Part shown: piece after piece, positions 1-8,744 of the stretch
Layout: each line of letters opens with the position of its first letter
Position numbering within the stretch: the stretch's first letter is position 1
NCBI GenBank assembly: GCA_964421575.1
Contig: CAYQXI010000008.1
Location: 1-40,817 of the forward strand
Reading direction: 5' to 3'
DNA length: 40,817 nucleotides
Origin: an uncultured Nitrosopumilales archaeon
GTDB taxonomy: Archaea; Thermoproteota; Nitrososphaeria; Nitrososphaerales; JAAOZN01
Notes under the pieces: generated by a model
Told to the model about the DNA's origin: nothing
What the model saw: only the letters and a program-made list of their open reading frames with translations
Database searches by the model: none
Position numbers and translations under genes: made by a program

Positions 1-270
1 CATCATCCCAATTAAGAAGAGGATAAGGTCTAGCTGAGCAAACTCTATCAGATGCGGTATGTCTAGCACCTGAAATATCAAAAGAAGAGCCACACCGGCT
101 AATGCAAACGCGTTGCGGAAGGGCCAGTAAAATAGTGAGCCAGCAATAAAGCTGACAAATATCGTTACCGAAACTAGTTGCTTAAAACTGAGCCCAAGAA
201 TACCAGACACCAACAAAACACAAATAACTATCACGAGATACCCAATTACACCAGCAAATCTCTTAGACAT
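1..270 (-). CDS. Integral membrane permease, N-terminal 90 codons (gene runs off the left edge); possibly ArsB/NhaD/CitMHS-type anion permease
   Basis: Reverse strand reads ATG (268-270), then 90 sense codons with no stop down to position 1: MSKRFAGVIGYLVIVICVLLVSGILGLSFKQL...AQLDLILFLIGMM. Strongly hydrophobic helices. Absent from the ORF track because it is open at the edge. Family assignment is only a general resemblance. Confidence 0.6.
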   Translation of the reverse strand, partial: MSKRFAGVIGYLVIVICVLLVSGILGLSFKQLVSVTIFVSFIAGSLFYWPFRNAFALAGVALLLIFQVLDIPHLIEFAQLDLILFLIGMM

Positions 271-612
271 CTTTTAATCTCGCCCTCTGATTGACCGTAG
301 GTAATATAAGTAAAATTCTTAAAGGTTTCTCTCTACTTATGTGTTCCATAAATTAAAAAGACTTTAACTTGTTAAAATCAGAAAAATCGACGGTAACGCC
401 TTGTTTTAGAACGGTAGAGATGAATAGCATTTCGCCAGGTTCTTTAACGTTTAAAAGAAAGTTTCAAATATGTTTTCGTCACCTTTCGAAGCAAGGAAAT
501 CGCCATTTACAGGAAAAGTTGAAGAGGACGAAACACCAAGTGAGTAGTTTTTGATATAAATTAGGATAAAAATAGGATAAATTTAGATCAAAAAAAGAGA
601 TGGGTTTTTGGG

Positions 613-822
613 TTAGTCGTGGGAGTGTTTGACTGGTGGTTTTAGAATACGGTAAGCGAACTGGTCGTGCATCCAGCGCAAGTATGTTCTTCGCTGCGTT
701 ATTATGTAGTAACGGAACTTTTCAGTCATCACCTGTTGCTTGACCCACTTAACCATCTTAGCTGGGTTTACTTCGAAGATACCGTAGCGGATGTAGACAC
801 GCTCATCTATATATTTCTCCAT
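613..822 (-). CDS. Hypothetical 69-aa protein, translationally coupled downstream of the Fe-S/CCG subunit
   Basis: ATG at 822 is preceded by GGTGA (reverse strand) 7 nt upstream, the same SD used by other operon-internal genes here. That SD overlaps the stop of the upstream gene. No recognisable family. Confidence 0.5.
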   Translation of the reverse strand: MEKYIDERVYIRYGIFEVNPAKMVKWVKQQVMTEKFRYYIITQRRTYLRWMHDQFAYRILKPPVKHSHD

Positions 823-829
823 TGGCCTC

Positions 830-2053
830 TCACCTCAAACCAAGAGAGTCTGCTAATAGCTCAAAGACGTCAATTATCTCGATGTTTAGGTTAGATTTCA
901 CTTTAACCTCGCTAAACTGTTCATTGCAGTGAGGACAGGTTAGAGCCAAGGTAGTGACCTCTAAGTCAAGTGCGCGTCTTAACCTCTTCAATCCAATTCT
1001 ATAGGAGAGGTCTTCGTGGAGTGTCTTGAAGCTACGCACTTCTGAAGCCCCATTACCACAACAATAGTACCACTGGCTTACGTGGTCTTCATCTATGAAC
1101 TCTATTCCCGGGATAGAGTTTAGTATTTCTCTTGGCGAATTCCAAATGCCCGAGACCTTATTTAGCATGCAGGAATCGTGGTAGGTGACTTTCTTCTTTA
1201 CTGGTTTTTCTGGTTTCAGCTTCCCCTCCCTGATTAACTCTGCAACGAAATCTGTCACATATACTACATCAAACGGAGGATCTTCTTTCAGTAATCTTGG
1301 ATACTCCTTGGTTAGGCTGACAAAGACGTGAGGATCCGGTACAATCACCTTCTTTGCTCCTGTTTTCTTAAGAGTCTCCAAGTTGTGTTTCGCATATGCG
1401 ACACCTTTCTCACCTAGGTAATCTAGTTCATATGTAAATACCGGTTTCGGGTCCTTGACTATACCGAAATCAACTCCTGCTTTCTTTAATACGGTTGCTA
1501 CGAGCCTCAGTATATTTGTCATCTGGGTAGCCATGAAATAGTCGACGAATAGTATCACCTCACCAGTTTCTGGGAGATTGAGATCTTTGGCCCATTCCGC
1601 TACGGGTAACTTACCAGCGTCTGTATCGTTAACTACTTTGGTTAAATTATCTATCATCCCATCAGCACCCTTGAACTTGAAGCCTAAATCTATGAGCTCC
1701 TTTCTTGTTTTAGTCACCAAGACGTTGTGTTCATTAGTTATCTTGTAGAAATCTCCTGTGAATAACGTGGTTGGGCAGCGCAGCTGGCACGCGCCACACT
1801 GTAGACAATAAGTAAACGTATCACCAAGTTCACGAAGTTTTGAGTACCCTCTAGCCACGGATAGTAACGAGACATGGAAGCTGTAAGAGCTATGTCCTTC
1901 ATTACCGGTTTCTTGATATACTGGGCAGACTTCCCTACAGAACTTATGCCTACACGCGAACGTAGAGTAGCAATCTACAGCGACCTCCTCAGGGACCCAG
2001 TTGTCCTTCCATCTTTCTTCATACCAAGGCTTATAGGTGTATGCGGTACTCAT
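830..2053 (-). CDS. (Fe-S)-binding oxidoreductase subunit with CCG domains (GlcF / LutA / HdrD-like)
   Basis: Motifs CREVCPVYQ and CLQCGACQLRCP (4Fe-4S ferredoxin type), plus C-terminal cysteine-rich CCG motif YYCCGNGAS. Start moved from the track's 2080 to ATG 2053 (MSTAYTYK...) because GGGGTGA lies 4 nt upstream, and its TGA is the stop of the preceding FAD oxidase gene. Confidence 0.85.
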   Translation of the reverse strand: MSTAYTYKPWYEERWKDNWVPEEVAVDCYSTFACRHKFCREVCPVYQETGNEGHSSYSFHVSLLSVARGYSKLRELGDTFTYCLQCGACQLRCPTTLFTGDFYKITNEHNVLVTKTRKELIDLGFKFKGADGMIDNLTKVVNDTDAGKLPVAEWAKDLNLPETGEVILFVDYFMATQMTNILRLVATVLKKAGVDFGIVKDPKPVFTYELDYLGEKGVAYAKHNLETLKKTGAKKVIVPDPHVFVSLTKEYPRLLKEDPPFDVVYVTDFVAELIREGKLKPEKPVKKKVTYHDSCMLNKVSGIWNSPREILNSIPGIEFIDEDHVSQWYYCCGNGASEVRSFKTLHEDLSYRIGLKRLRRALDLEVTTLALTCPHCNEQFSEVKVKSNLNIEIIDVFELLADSLGLR

Positions 2054-2057
2054 AATC

Positions 2058-3605
2058 TCACCCCTCATAAGCAGAGTCAAGCAGATACTTACCCGGGTTC
2101 ATGATATTGTTTGGATCTAGGTTCCTCTTTATCATCTTCATTACCTCATATACACCCGGATCGAGCTCCTTTCCTACGACCAATTCAACATCACCTGGTC
2201 TCGTACCGCCGTGACAGGCAGAGATAGAGCCTCCAACTTCTAACACGACCTCAGCTATTTTCCTCTTTAGTTCAACCCACTTCTGCCAGAGCTCTTCAGT
2301 TAAGTGGTATTCGTCGATGAAAACGTCGATTTCAGTCAAATAGTCACCCCATTGTTTGAATGGATTGTTATTGTAGTAAAAGCCACCCATATCATCAAAT
2401 ACGTCGTACTTCTGCTTATATTCAGCGACCAACGCATGCCACTTCTCTCTTACGTATGGTATAGCAGAATAGTTGACGGCAGCATCTTCACAATGCCAGC
2501 TGTAAGTACCTACTTGGCCATCTGTATGTCTACCGTGGTAAGCAATGTGATACCTGTCGTGTCTGGATGCCCAGTCACCCTCGGATAGTTCCTCTCCTAG
2601 GTAGATACCGCCATCTTTGGCGGCTATCTCAAATATTCTTTCTGAGGCTCCTTTAACTTCAGCCTCTGTGCCATAGAAGCAGGTCGCTATCACGGCTTTT
2701 ATATGCTCAGGTAGAGGGATGTAGGCTTCATCGTCTCTTCTCAACGCTTCTACCTTCCATTCGTCAAACATTATGTGTGTAGCCATAGTGCGCAGACCCG
2801 ATTTAGCCATCTTTAGAGCATTTTTCCAAGCGTCCATGAATGAACGATAACCGAAGAAGGCTGGGAACTCGACTTCGGGTTTTGGAAACATTTCAAGAGT
2901 AGCTTCTGTAGTGATTCCGAGTGTGCCTTGGTGACCGAAGAATAGGTGCTTTAATGTGTAGCCAGTGGATGATTTGCTTATCTTCCTGCCTCCTCCTTCG
3001 CCTACTGTAATCACTTTACCTGTTGGCAGTACGTGAACAAAGCTTCTCACTAGGTCTCTTATGTGGCCGCTGACTCCGCCAATCAGCGACCAAGCACTTG
3101 TGCCCATATTTCCACCGATTATCGAGCAGGGGTATGAGGCTGGGTCAAAAGGCCACCAGTAGCCGCGTTTGTTCAGCTCTAGGTTTAGGGTATTGTTGCA
3201 TATGCCTGTTTGCACCGTTACACACATGTTTTCTTCGTCTATTTCTAGGATATTCTTCATCCTCTTTATGTCGACGACTATTCCCTTTTTAAGGGGTACA
3301 GCTCCGTCTGCTAAGCCTGTGCCAGCAGCCCTAGGTACGACAGGGATTCTCAGCTCATTTGCTAGTTTAAGGACTTCGGCGACCTCCTCTGTACTGCCGG
3401 GAAGCACTACGACATCTGGTGCGTGATCATCCCACCGATGTAAGGGGAAAGGTGCTGCTGATGCGGCTCTGATGAATCTCTCGTGAGGGAGTGTGAGAAC
3501 ATTTGCGTCTCCTACGATCTTTGCAAGACGTTCGATGACGTACCCGTCGACCTTTCTATAACTCATCACATAGGTCATATTCCCTCGGTCACTTTTCCGA
3601 ACCAC
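2058..3605 (-). CDS. FAD-linked oxidase, GlcD / D-lactate dehydrogenase family
   Basis: FAD-binding PCMH-type N-domain (VVLPGSTEEVAEVLKLANELRIPVVPRAAGTGLADGAVP) and typical C-terminus (SISACHGGTRPG...IKRNLDPNNIMNPGK). Start is ambiguous: GTG 3605 or ATG 3578 (MTYVMSYRK). Confidence 0.9.
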   Translation of the reverse strand: MVRKSDRGNMTYVMSYRKVDGYVIERLAKIVGDANVLTLPHERFIRAASAAPFPLHRWDDHAPDVVVLPGSTEEVAEVLKLANELRIPVVPRAAGTGLADGAVPLKKGIVVDIKRMKNILEIDEENMCVTVQTGICNNTLNLELNKRGYWWPFDPASYPCSIIGGNMGTSAWSLIGGVSGHIRDLVRSFVHVLPTGKVITVGEGGGRKISKSSTGYTLKHLFFGHQGTLGITTEATLEMFPKPEVEFPAFFGYRSFMDAWKNALKMAKSGLRTMATHIMFDEWKVEALRRDDEAYIPLPEHIKAVIATCFYGTEAEVKGASERIFEIAAKDGGIYLGEELSEGDWASRHDRYHIAYHGRHTDGQVGTYSWHCEDAAVNYSAIPYVREKWHALVAEYKQKYDVFDDMGGFYYNNNPFKQWGDYLTEIDVFIDEYHLTEELWQKWVELKRKIAEVVLEVGGSISACHGGTRPGDVELVVGKELDPGVYEVMKMIKRNLDPNNIMNPGKYLLDSAYEG

Positions 3606-3853
3606 CTATTATTTATATCTTTATTCTTTCAGATTCGAGTAAAGCGAATTGCATTAACCCCTTAAAATATTCTTTTTATCATCTATCGGTCTATGGGTCT
3701 CGATTCTTCAATTAGGTTAATAAGCGCTAAGGTGCTTTCTTACCTTGTTACATCCTGTATTATAGCTCAGCTTTTTGTCTAAGGTTGCTCCAAGGGTAAA
3801 GAAGATTGTAAAAATTGTCCGTATTATTTGGAAAAATTACTCTTCTCGCAAAA

Positions 3854-3864
3854 CTTATATATAG
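3854..3864 (+). promoter_or_regulatory. Archaeal BRE/TATA box for the luciferase-like oxidoreductase gene (leaderless or near-leaderless)
   Basis: gcAAAACTTATATATAg is centred about 30 nt upstream of the TTG/ATG at 3889/3892. There is no SD between them. Confidence 0.55.
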
Positions 3865-3888
3865 ACAATATCTACTAATTATACGATC

Positions 3889-4938
3889 TTGATGAGGTTT
3901 AGCGTGGTTATCTTACCCGAATATCCGATACCTACAATTCTTGATTACATAAAGACAGCAGACGAGCTAGGGTTCTATGCCTTTTGGTCGGTTGACGAAG
4001 TTTATCATAAGGATGCTTGGCTCATCTTCGCAGCAGCTGCAGATAAAACGAAGAAAATACGCATGGGACCAGCTGTTACTCATGTGTATCTACGTGAACC
4101 CACGCTGATAGCCCAACAGTTAGCCACGTTAGATGAGCTCACCAATGGTCGTGCTATAGCAGCTATAAGTTTTGGAAATCTTATAATGCTCCAGCAATAT
4201 CATGTTAATTGGCAAGGATGTAGACCACTTGCAAGAACTAAAGAGGCTTTACACGTGATTAGAACACTACTTAGCGAAGGGAAGATTACCTACGATGGGC
4301 AGTTCTTTAAGTATATTGGTCTTTTCACCGCAGCTAGGCCCGTGCAGCAGATTCCACTTTATCTGGGCGCTATGGGTGGACCAAGTTCGTTTAGAATGGC
4401 GGGGGAAATCTCAGACGGTATGATGTGCGCTTTAGGTTATTCACGCGAGTTCTGGCGTGATGCTGTTTCTAACATGCGTTTGGGTGCGCAGAAAGCTGGT
4501 AGAAACCCAGATGATGTTGATGTAGTTGCTTGGGTTGTGTTCTCTGTTTCTAAGAATAGAGAAGCTGCTAAGCAAGTGGCGAAGAGTGTTGTAGGGTTCT
4601 ACATACCATCAATGCCTGAGAGGCAGCTTAAGATGCATGGGATAAAACCAGAGGATGTGAAAGAAATAAATGAGTCGTTCTTAAGAGGTGACGTAGAACG
4701 TGGTATACAGTTAACATCTATGGATCTCGTCGACAAATTATCGGTTTCAGGTTCTCCCGAAGAAATCGTGGAACAGTTAAAGAAGAACTTCGCGGCAGAG
4801 GGTGTAAAACATATCGCAGCAGTCATCATTGACCCATTCATTGTGAAGTTCTTTACCGGCAAGACGGTCGAAGATGTACCAGACTTTAAGGGCCAACTGA
4901 AGTTGATAAGAGACGAAATAATACCCCATTTAGGATAA
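3889..4938 (+). CDS. Luciferase-like (LLM) flavin/F420-dependent oxidoreductase, Mer-like
   Basis: N-terminal TIM-barrel pattern FSVVILPEYPI...ADELGFYAFWSVDEVYHKDAW, ...TLDELTNGRAIAAISFGN, typical of the LLM/methylene-H4MPT reductase superfamily. Cofactor and substrate cannot be read from the sequence. Confidence 0.8.
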   Translation: MMRFSVVILPEYPIPTILDYIKTADELGFYAFWSVDEVYHKDAWLIFAAAADKTKKIRMGPAVTHVYLREPTLIAQQLATLDELTNGRAIAAISFGNLIMLQQYHVNWQGCRPLARTKEALHVIRTLLSEGKITYDGQFFKYIGLFTAARPVQQIPLYLGAMGGPSSFRMAGEISDGMMCALGYSREFWRDAVSNMRLGAQKAGRNPDDVDVVAWVVFSVSKNREAAKQVAKSVVGFYIPSMPERQLKMHGIKPEDVKEINESFLRGDVERGIQLTSMDLVDKLSVSGSPEEIVEQLKKNFAAEGVKHIAAVIIDPFIVKFFTGKTVEDVPDFKGQLKLIRDEIIPHLG

Positions 4939-5024
4939 AAAGGGAGCTGGCTAGGCTAAATTTTTCGCCAGTGAATTGAATTAACAAAGTGAATAGTAAA
5001 AGAAAAGCTACCGAAAGGAAAAAA

Positions 5025-5035
5025 CTTATATAAAG
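5025..5035 (+). promoter_or_regulatory. Archaeal BRE/TATA box for the small-TM / NCS1 permease operon
   Basis: ggAAAAAACTTATATAAAg is centred 27 nt upstream of ATG 5057. The core (AAAACTTATATA) matches the one at 3851-3863. Confidence 0.55.
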
Positions 5036-5056
5036 AGCAAACGTGTAGTCTGGTTT

Positions 5057-5251
5057 ATGAGCTCGCTACCTGCTGGGTTGCAGGAGGAGCTTGAGAGACG
5101 CATAGCTGACTTCGAAAAGAACTTCGAAGCGCAAGTATTTAACAGGACTGATGCGATGATCCCCCGTATAAAAGCCATAGACTACATCGTAGTGGCTATA
5201 ACTGGCATAGTACTCACCATCTATCTGTTTCTAGCCTTAGCACTAGGGTGA
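5057..5251 (+). CDS. Small single-pass membrane protein (64 aa), overlaps the NCS1 permease start
   Basis: Charged N-terminal half, then a hydrophobic helix IDYIVVAITGIVLTIYLFLALALG. Its stop overlaps the GTG start of the permease by 4 nt (GTGA), implying translational coupling. Confidence 0.5.
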   Translation: MSSLPAGLQEELERRIADFEKNFEAQVFNRTDAMIPRIKAIDYIVVAITGIVLTIYLFLALALG

Positions 5252-6672
5252 TTCGGTTGGGCAAAGAGGAAATAGTGAAAGAGGTCTACTTCAGCTTACT
5301 CCCAACCAAACGTAGCGAACGCATCTATGGTTTTGGAGACTTCTTAGCTGTTCAAATCTCGTTCGGAATAGCGGCGTGGTTCTTTCTCGTTGGTGGCTTT
5401 ACTGGTCTATGGGTAAAAGCTTCTCATGCGATTCCGATAGTCTTATTTGGAAACATCGTTCCACTTCTTCTTGCATCGCCAATAGCCATACTCTTCGCAA
5501 GATACGGAACTGAACAGTTTTTGGGCCATAGAGCACTATTTGGGCAAAGAGGCAGTGATGTTTGGGTCATAATATACCTCACCTCTAGTGTAGGCTGGAT
5601 AGCATATGCGGCGTTACTCATGGGTTCAAGCACTTGGAAATTACTTGAAGCTATGGGCGTAAGTGGTATACTTGCTACCGAGAACCCTGGTATGATCTTG
5701 TGGGCTTTCGTAGGTAGTGTTATAGGTGGCTACATCGCTTGGCGAGGACCAGGGTTTCTGAAGTGGGCTCTAAGGATCGCCGCTTCTTTCCTAGTAATCG
5801 TCTTAATCATTCTAATAATAGAGCTTTTTGCAGTCTATGGAGTAGAGAAGATCTTTACAACCCCGCCTCCTGAACCGTTTGAAGACCCTGCTTGGAGCAT
5901 AGCCTCTGCGATAGAAGTAAATGTTGGACTGGGATTTTCGTGGGCCTTCTGGTACGGACAGTGGACTAGATTGGCAAAAACCGAGCGCGCCGCATATCAC
6001 GGCTGTTGGCTTGGTTGGGGCTTACTTGCATCTACAGCTGGTATCTTCTCCGCTTTAACGGCTATACTAGTTGGTTCATTTGACCCCACTGACTGGCTGA
6101 TAGCGTATGGTATTCCTTGGGTCACCATCGTTGGTCTCTTCCTAATATTAGTGGCTAACATTAGCTCCATTGCGTGCCTAATATATCCGATGAGTATAAC
6201 AACCAGAACCAGATGGCCAAGGTTCAGATGGACGCCCATCGTAGTAGTCTTTGTAGTAGCTAGTATAGTGCTGGAAGCAATACCGGGTGTATTCGAGAGC
6301 TACAATAAGTACTTGGCTATAATCTCACTCTTAACCGGTGTATACTCGGGAATAGCGGTAGCTGACTATCTAATAACAAGAGGAACACTAAAACTGCGAG
6401 CACTCTATGATAGGAAACGTGGGTACAGATATTGGCGTGGTTTCAACATCAGTGCCGTTATAGCCACTATAGTTGCGGCGGTCTTCTACCTCACAACACT
6501 GGAACCGATAAGCTGGACAAGCGCAAACGGGTTATTCCCCTATATTACAGCGGGAATACCAGCCTACTTCATAGCATTCGTTATCTACTACGTGCTGACT
6601 AAAAGCAAAGTCTTCGACAGGTTCTATGCGCCTACTTTACTACCCGCTTCAGAAGCGCAAAAGCAGACTTAA
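5248..6672 (+). CDS. NCS1-family permease (purine-cytosine / allantoin / hydantoin / uracil type)
   Basis: 474 aa and about 12 hydrophobic segments. The N-terminal LLPTKRSERIYGFGDFLAVQISFGIAAWFFLVGG matches the NCS1 signature region (L.P....R.w......W........G). Confidence 0.75.
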   Translation: MIRLGKEEIVKEVYFSLLPTKRSERIYGFGDFLAVQISFGIAAWFFLVGGFTGLWVKASHAIPIVLFGNIVPLLLASPIAILFARYGTEQFLGHRALFGQRGSDVWVIIYLTSSVGWIAYAALLMGSSTWKLLEAMGVSGILATENPGMILWAFVGSVIGGYIAWRGPGFLKWALRIAASFLVIVLIILIIELFAVYGVEKIFTTPPPEPFEDPAWSIASAIEVNVGLGFSWAFWYGQWTRLAKTERAAYHGCWLGWGLLASTAGIFSALTAILVGSFDPTDWLIAYGIPWVTIVGLFLILVANISSIACLIYPMSITTRTRWPRFRWTPIVVVFVVASIVLEAIPGVFESYNKYLAIISLLTGVYSGIAVADYLITRGTLKLRALYDRKRGYRYWRGFNISAVIATIVAAVFYLTTLEPISWTSANGLFPYITAGIPAYFIAFVIYYVLTKSKVFDRFYAPTLLPASEAQKQT

Positions 6673-6685
6673 GCTCCTTCCCTAC

Positions 6686-6692
6686 TTTTTTT
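6686..6692 (+). terminator. Oligo-T tract in a convergent intergenic region
   Basis: T7 run 14 nt after the NCS1 stop. Archaeal RNA polymerase terminates at oligo-T. No experimental support. Confidence 0.3.
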
Positions 6693-6805
6693 AAAAAGCA
6701 TAGTCAACAATGAATAGTAACCTACTTTAGCCTTTCACCAAAAAATTTACGCTTTCCCGACACTACTACCTTAATCCCCTGTGATTCCACAACCTATGGT
6801 TGGGC

Positions 6806-7756
6806 TTATTGTTGAAGTGCTGTCTTCTTTAAGTAAGAAATAAGGGCTGGAACAATCTTGTAAAGATCATCAACAATCGAGTAGTCGGCATATTGATGAA
6901 TTGGTGCGTTCTTGTCTTTGTTTATAGCGACCACTACCTTAGATTTATTGAATCCTATTACGTGTTGTATCTGACCGGATATGCCTATCGCCATATATAA
7001 TTTAGGTGATACTATTACGCCTGTTAACCCAATTTGTCGCTCTGTAGGCAACCATTTATAATCCTCAGTCAGTATCCTCGAGCAGCCTATCTCAGCCTTT
7101 AACAAGCCAGCCACTTCCTCTATAAACGATAGATCCTCTTTTTTGGCTAGCCCTCTCCCTACCGAGACTATGCGATCTGCTTTCCTTAAATCTACACCTA
7201 CTTTCTCCAACAGCTTAGCTTCCACTCTAGACACTTTGGATCTTTCCGCTAAAACTTCCATCTCTATTATCTCAGGAATCGGTTGCCCTCCTTCAGGAGG
7301 CGAATATTGGTAGAGCTGATAAGTCGCAACCAAGTAGGGGGCTTTAACCCTATATGTTGCTATTACACCACCCCCTAAAATTGATCTAGCATATCTGATG
7401 ACATCACCATCTACGAATATTTCTGAAACTTCTGGTGCATAGGCAGCACCGGACAACGCAGCGCTAAACGCCGCTATCTCCTTCCCCAATTTAGTTCCAG
7501 GCAGAATCACAATCTTCGGCGCTTCTTTCTTCATCAGTGTTGCAAGAGCTGATGCTTGCTCGAAACTTACGCCATCATTTAACCCCTTTAAAGCTATTAT
7601 TTTACCCCATCCTCGATCTGAAACACCTTCAAGATTCTTTCCAGCTGTGATGAGTAAAGCTGGTTTTTCACCAAATTTGCTAGCAGTATGAATCGCCGGA
7701 GAGAGAACGTGTAATGCTGCTTTTGGCTCTTCTGTGAAAACCCAGACCTTACTCAT
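6806..7756 (-). CDS. etfA: Electron transfer flavoprotein alpha subunit
   Basis: C-terminal ETF-alpha signature LYMAIGISGQIQHVIGFNKSKVVVAINKDKNAPIHQYADYSIVDDLYKIVP. Confidence 0.92.
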   Translation of the reverse strand: MSKVWVFTEEPKAALHVLSPAIHTASKFGEKPALLITAGKNLEGVSDRGWGKIIALKGLNDGVSFEQASALATLMKKEAPKIVILPGTKLGKEIAAFSAALSGAAYAPEVSEIFVDGDVIRYARSILGGGVIATYRVKAPYLVATYQLYQYSPPEGGQPIPEIIEMEVLAERSKVSRVEAKLLEKVGVDLRKADRIVSVGRGLAKKEDLSFIEEVAGLLKAEIGCSRILTEDYKWLPTERQIGLTGVIVSPKLYMAIGISGQIQHVIGFNKSKVVVAINKDKNAPIHQYADYSIVDDLYKIVPALISYLKKTALQQ

Positions 7757-8538
7757 TCCAACACCCCCTCCTTCTTTAGTGCCTCAATTAGTTTCTCTAC
7801 AGCCTCTTCTGGCGTTCCCTCGATTCTGATTCCCTTTCTACTCGCCATCCTAGCAGGCTCTAACTTTTCCAGAACCACAAGATCATCTTCTTTATCGTTA
7901 ACCTCAGACAAACCTAATTCCCCGGGCGTTATGGTCTTAATCTTGGTAAGAGGCACCTTCATTATTTGCATTGTAGTCGGTATCCTTGGTTGATTTATCT
8001 CTCTGGTGACTGAAACTGCTGCGGGGAGAGGGCTTTCTAAAACCTCTACAACATCTTCCAACTTTCTCTCAACCCTTACTTTTCCATCCTCAACTTCCAT
8101 TTTCACAGCCGAGCCAATAAATGGAATACCAAGGTGCACAGCAATAGCTGGTCCAACATATGCTTGATAAAGATCCTCTGAAACTTCCCCCGAAATTATA
8201 AGATCATAAGGACCAAATTTTCTTATAGCGTTGGTTAACGCCATCACGGTTAACATATTATTAAACACATACAAGGAACCTGTTGATACAAGCACCGCCT
8301 CATCAGCGCCCATCGCTACTGCTTCCTTTAAAGTGGTTCTCGCAGCCTCCGAAGGCCCAAGGGATAAAATAGTAACTTTGGCTCCTCTTTTCTCTTTAAT
8401 CCTAACAGCCTCCTCTACCGCATACTTATCATAGTCACTAATCTTCGTCAAAGCACCTCTTAAAACAGGCCCAGTCTTAGGATCTATCCTTAAGGCAGCC
8501 GTATCTACAACGTGCTTAGCAAGAACAATTATGTTCAT
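7753..8538 (-). CDS. etfB: Electron transfer flavoprotein beta subunit
   Basis: MNIIVLAKHVVDTAALRIDP...ISDYDKYAVEEAVRIKE is the canonical EtfB N-terminus. It overlaps etfA by 4 nt. Start set to ATG 8538 (GGTG 6 nt upstream) rather than the track's GTG 8565. Confidence 0.9.
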   Translation of the reverse strand: MNIIVLAKHVVDTAALRIDPKTGPVLRGALTKISDYDKYAVEEAVRIKEKRGAKVTILSLGPSEAARTTLKEAVAMGADEAVLVSTGSLYVFNNMLTVMALTNAIRKFGPYDLIISGEVSEDLYQAYVGPAIAVHLGIPFIGSAVKMEVEDGKVRVERKLEDVVEVLESPLPAAVSVTREINQPRIPTTMQIMKVPLTKIKTITPGELGLSEVNDKEDDLVVLEKLEPARMASRKGIRIEGTPEEAVEKLIEALKKEGVLE

Positions 8539-8744
8539 TGTCTGCACCATCACTCGCCCGTCCACTCCTTCTTAATAAAATTTACGCCGCGGCTAGTATT
8601 ATCCTAAAAACTTATCGAGAACATTTTGCGATTGGCTTCTTTTTGTTAAAAGAAAAACAAATATCATATTCTCACTGAATTCTTTGTTAACACTTGCAAC
8701 TTTTTATGATCTGCCTAAGCCGCGTATATCAAGGAGTAAAAGAG

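Noticed and set aside
369-554. 61-aa ORF on the + strand in the left intergenic region
   Set aside because: TTG start with no SD or TATA at a suitable distance, and a K/S/R-rich composition unlike a real protein. It lies in AT-rich spacer DNA.
562-581. Direct repeat TAGGATAAA x2 spaced 11 bp apart, downstream of the 69-aa ORF
   Set aside because: Only two short AT-rich copies in AT-rich spacer DNA, which could easily occur by chance. No matching copies were noticed elsewhere.
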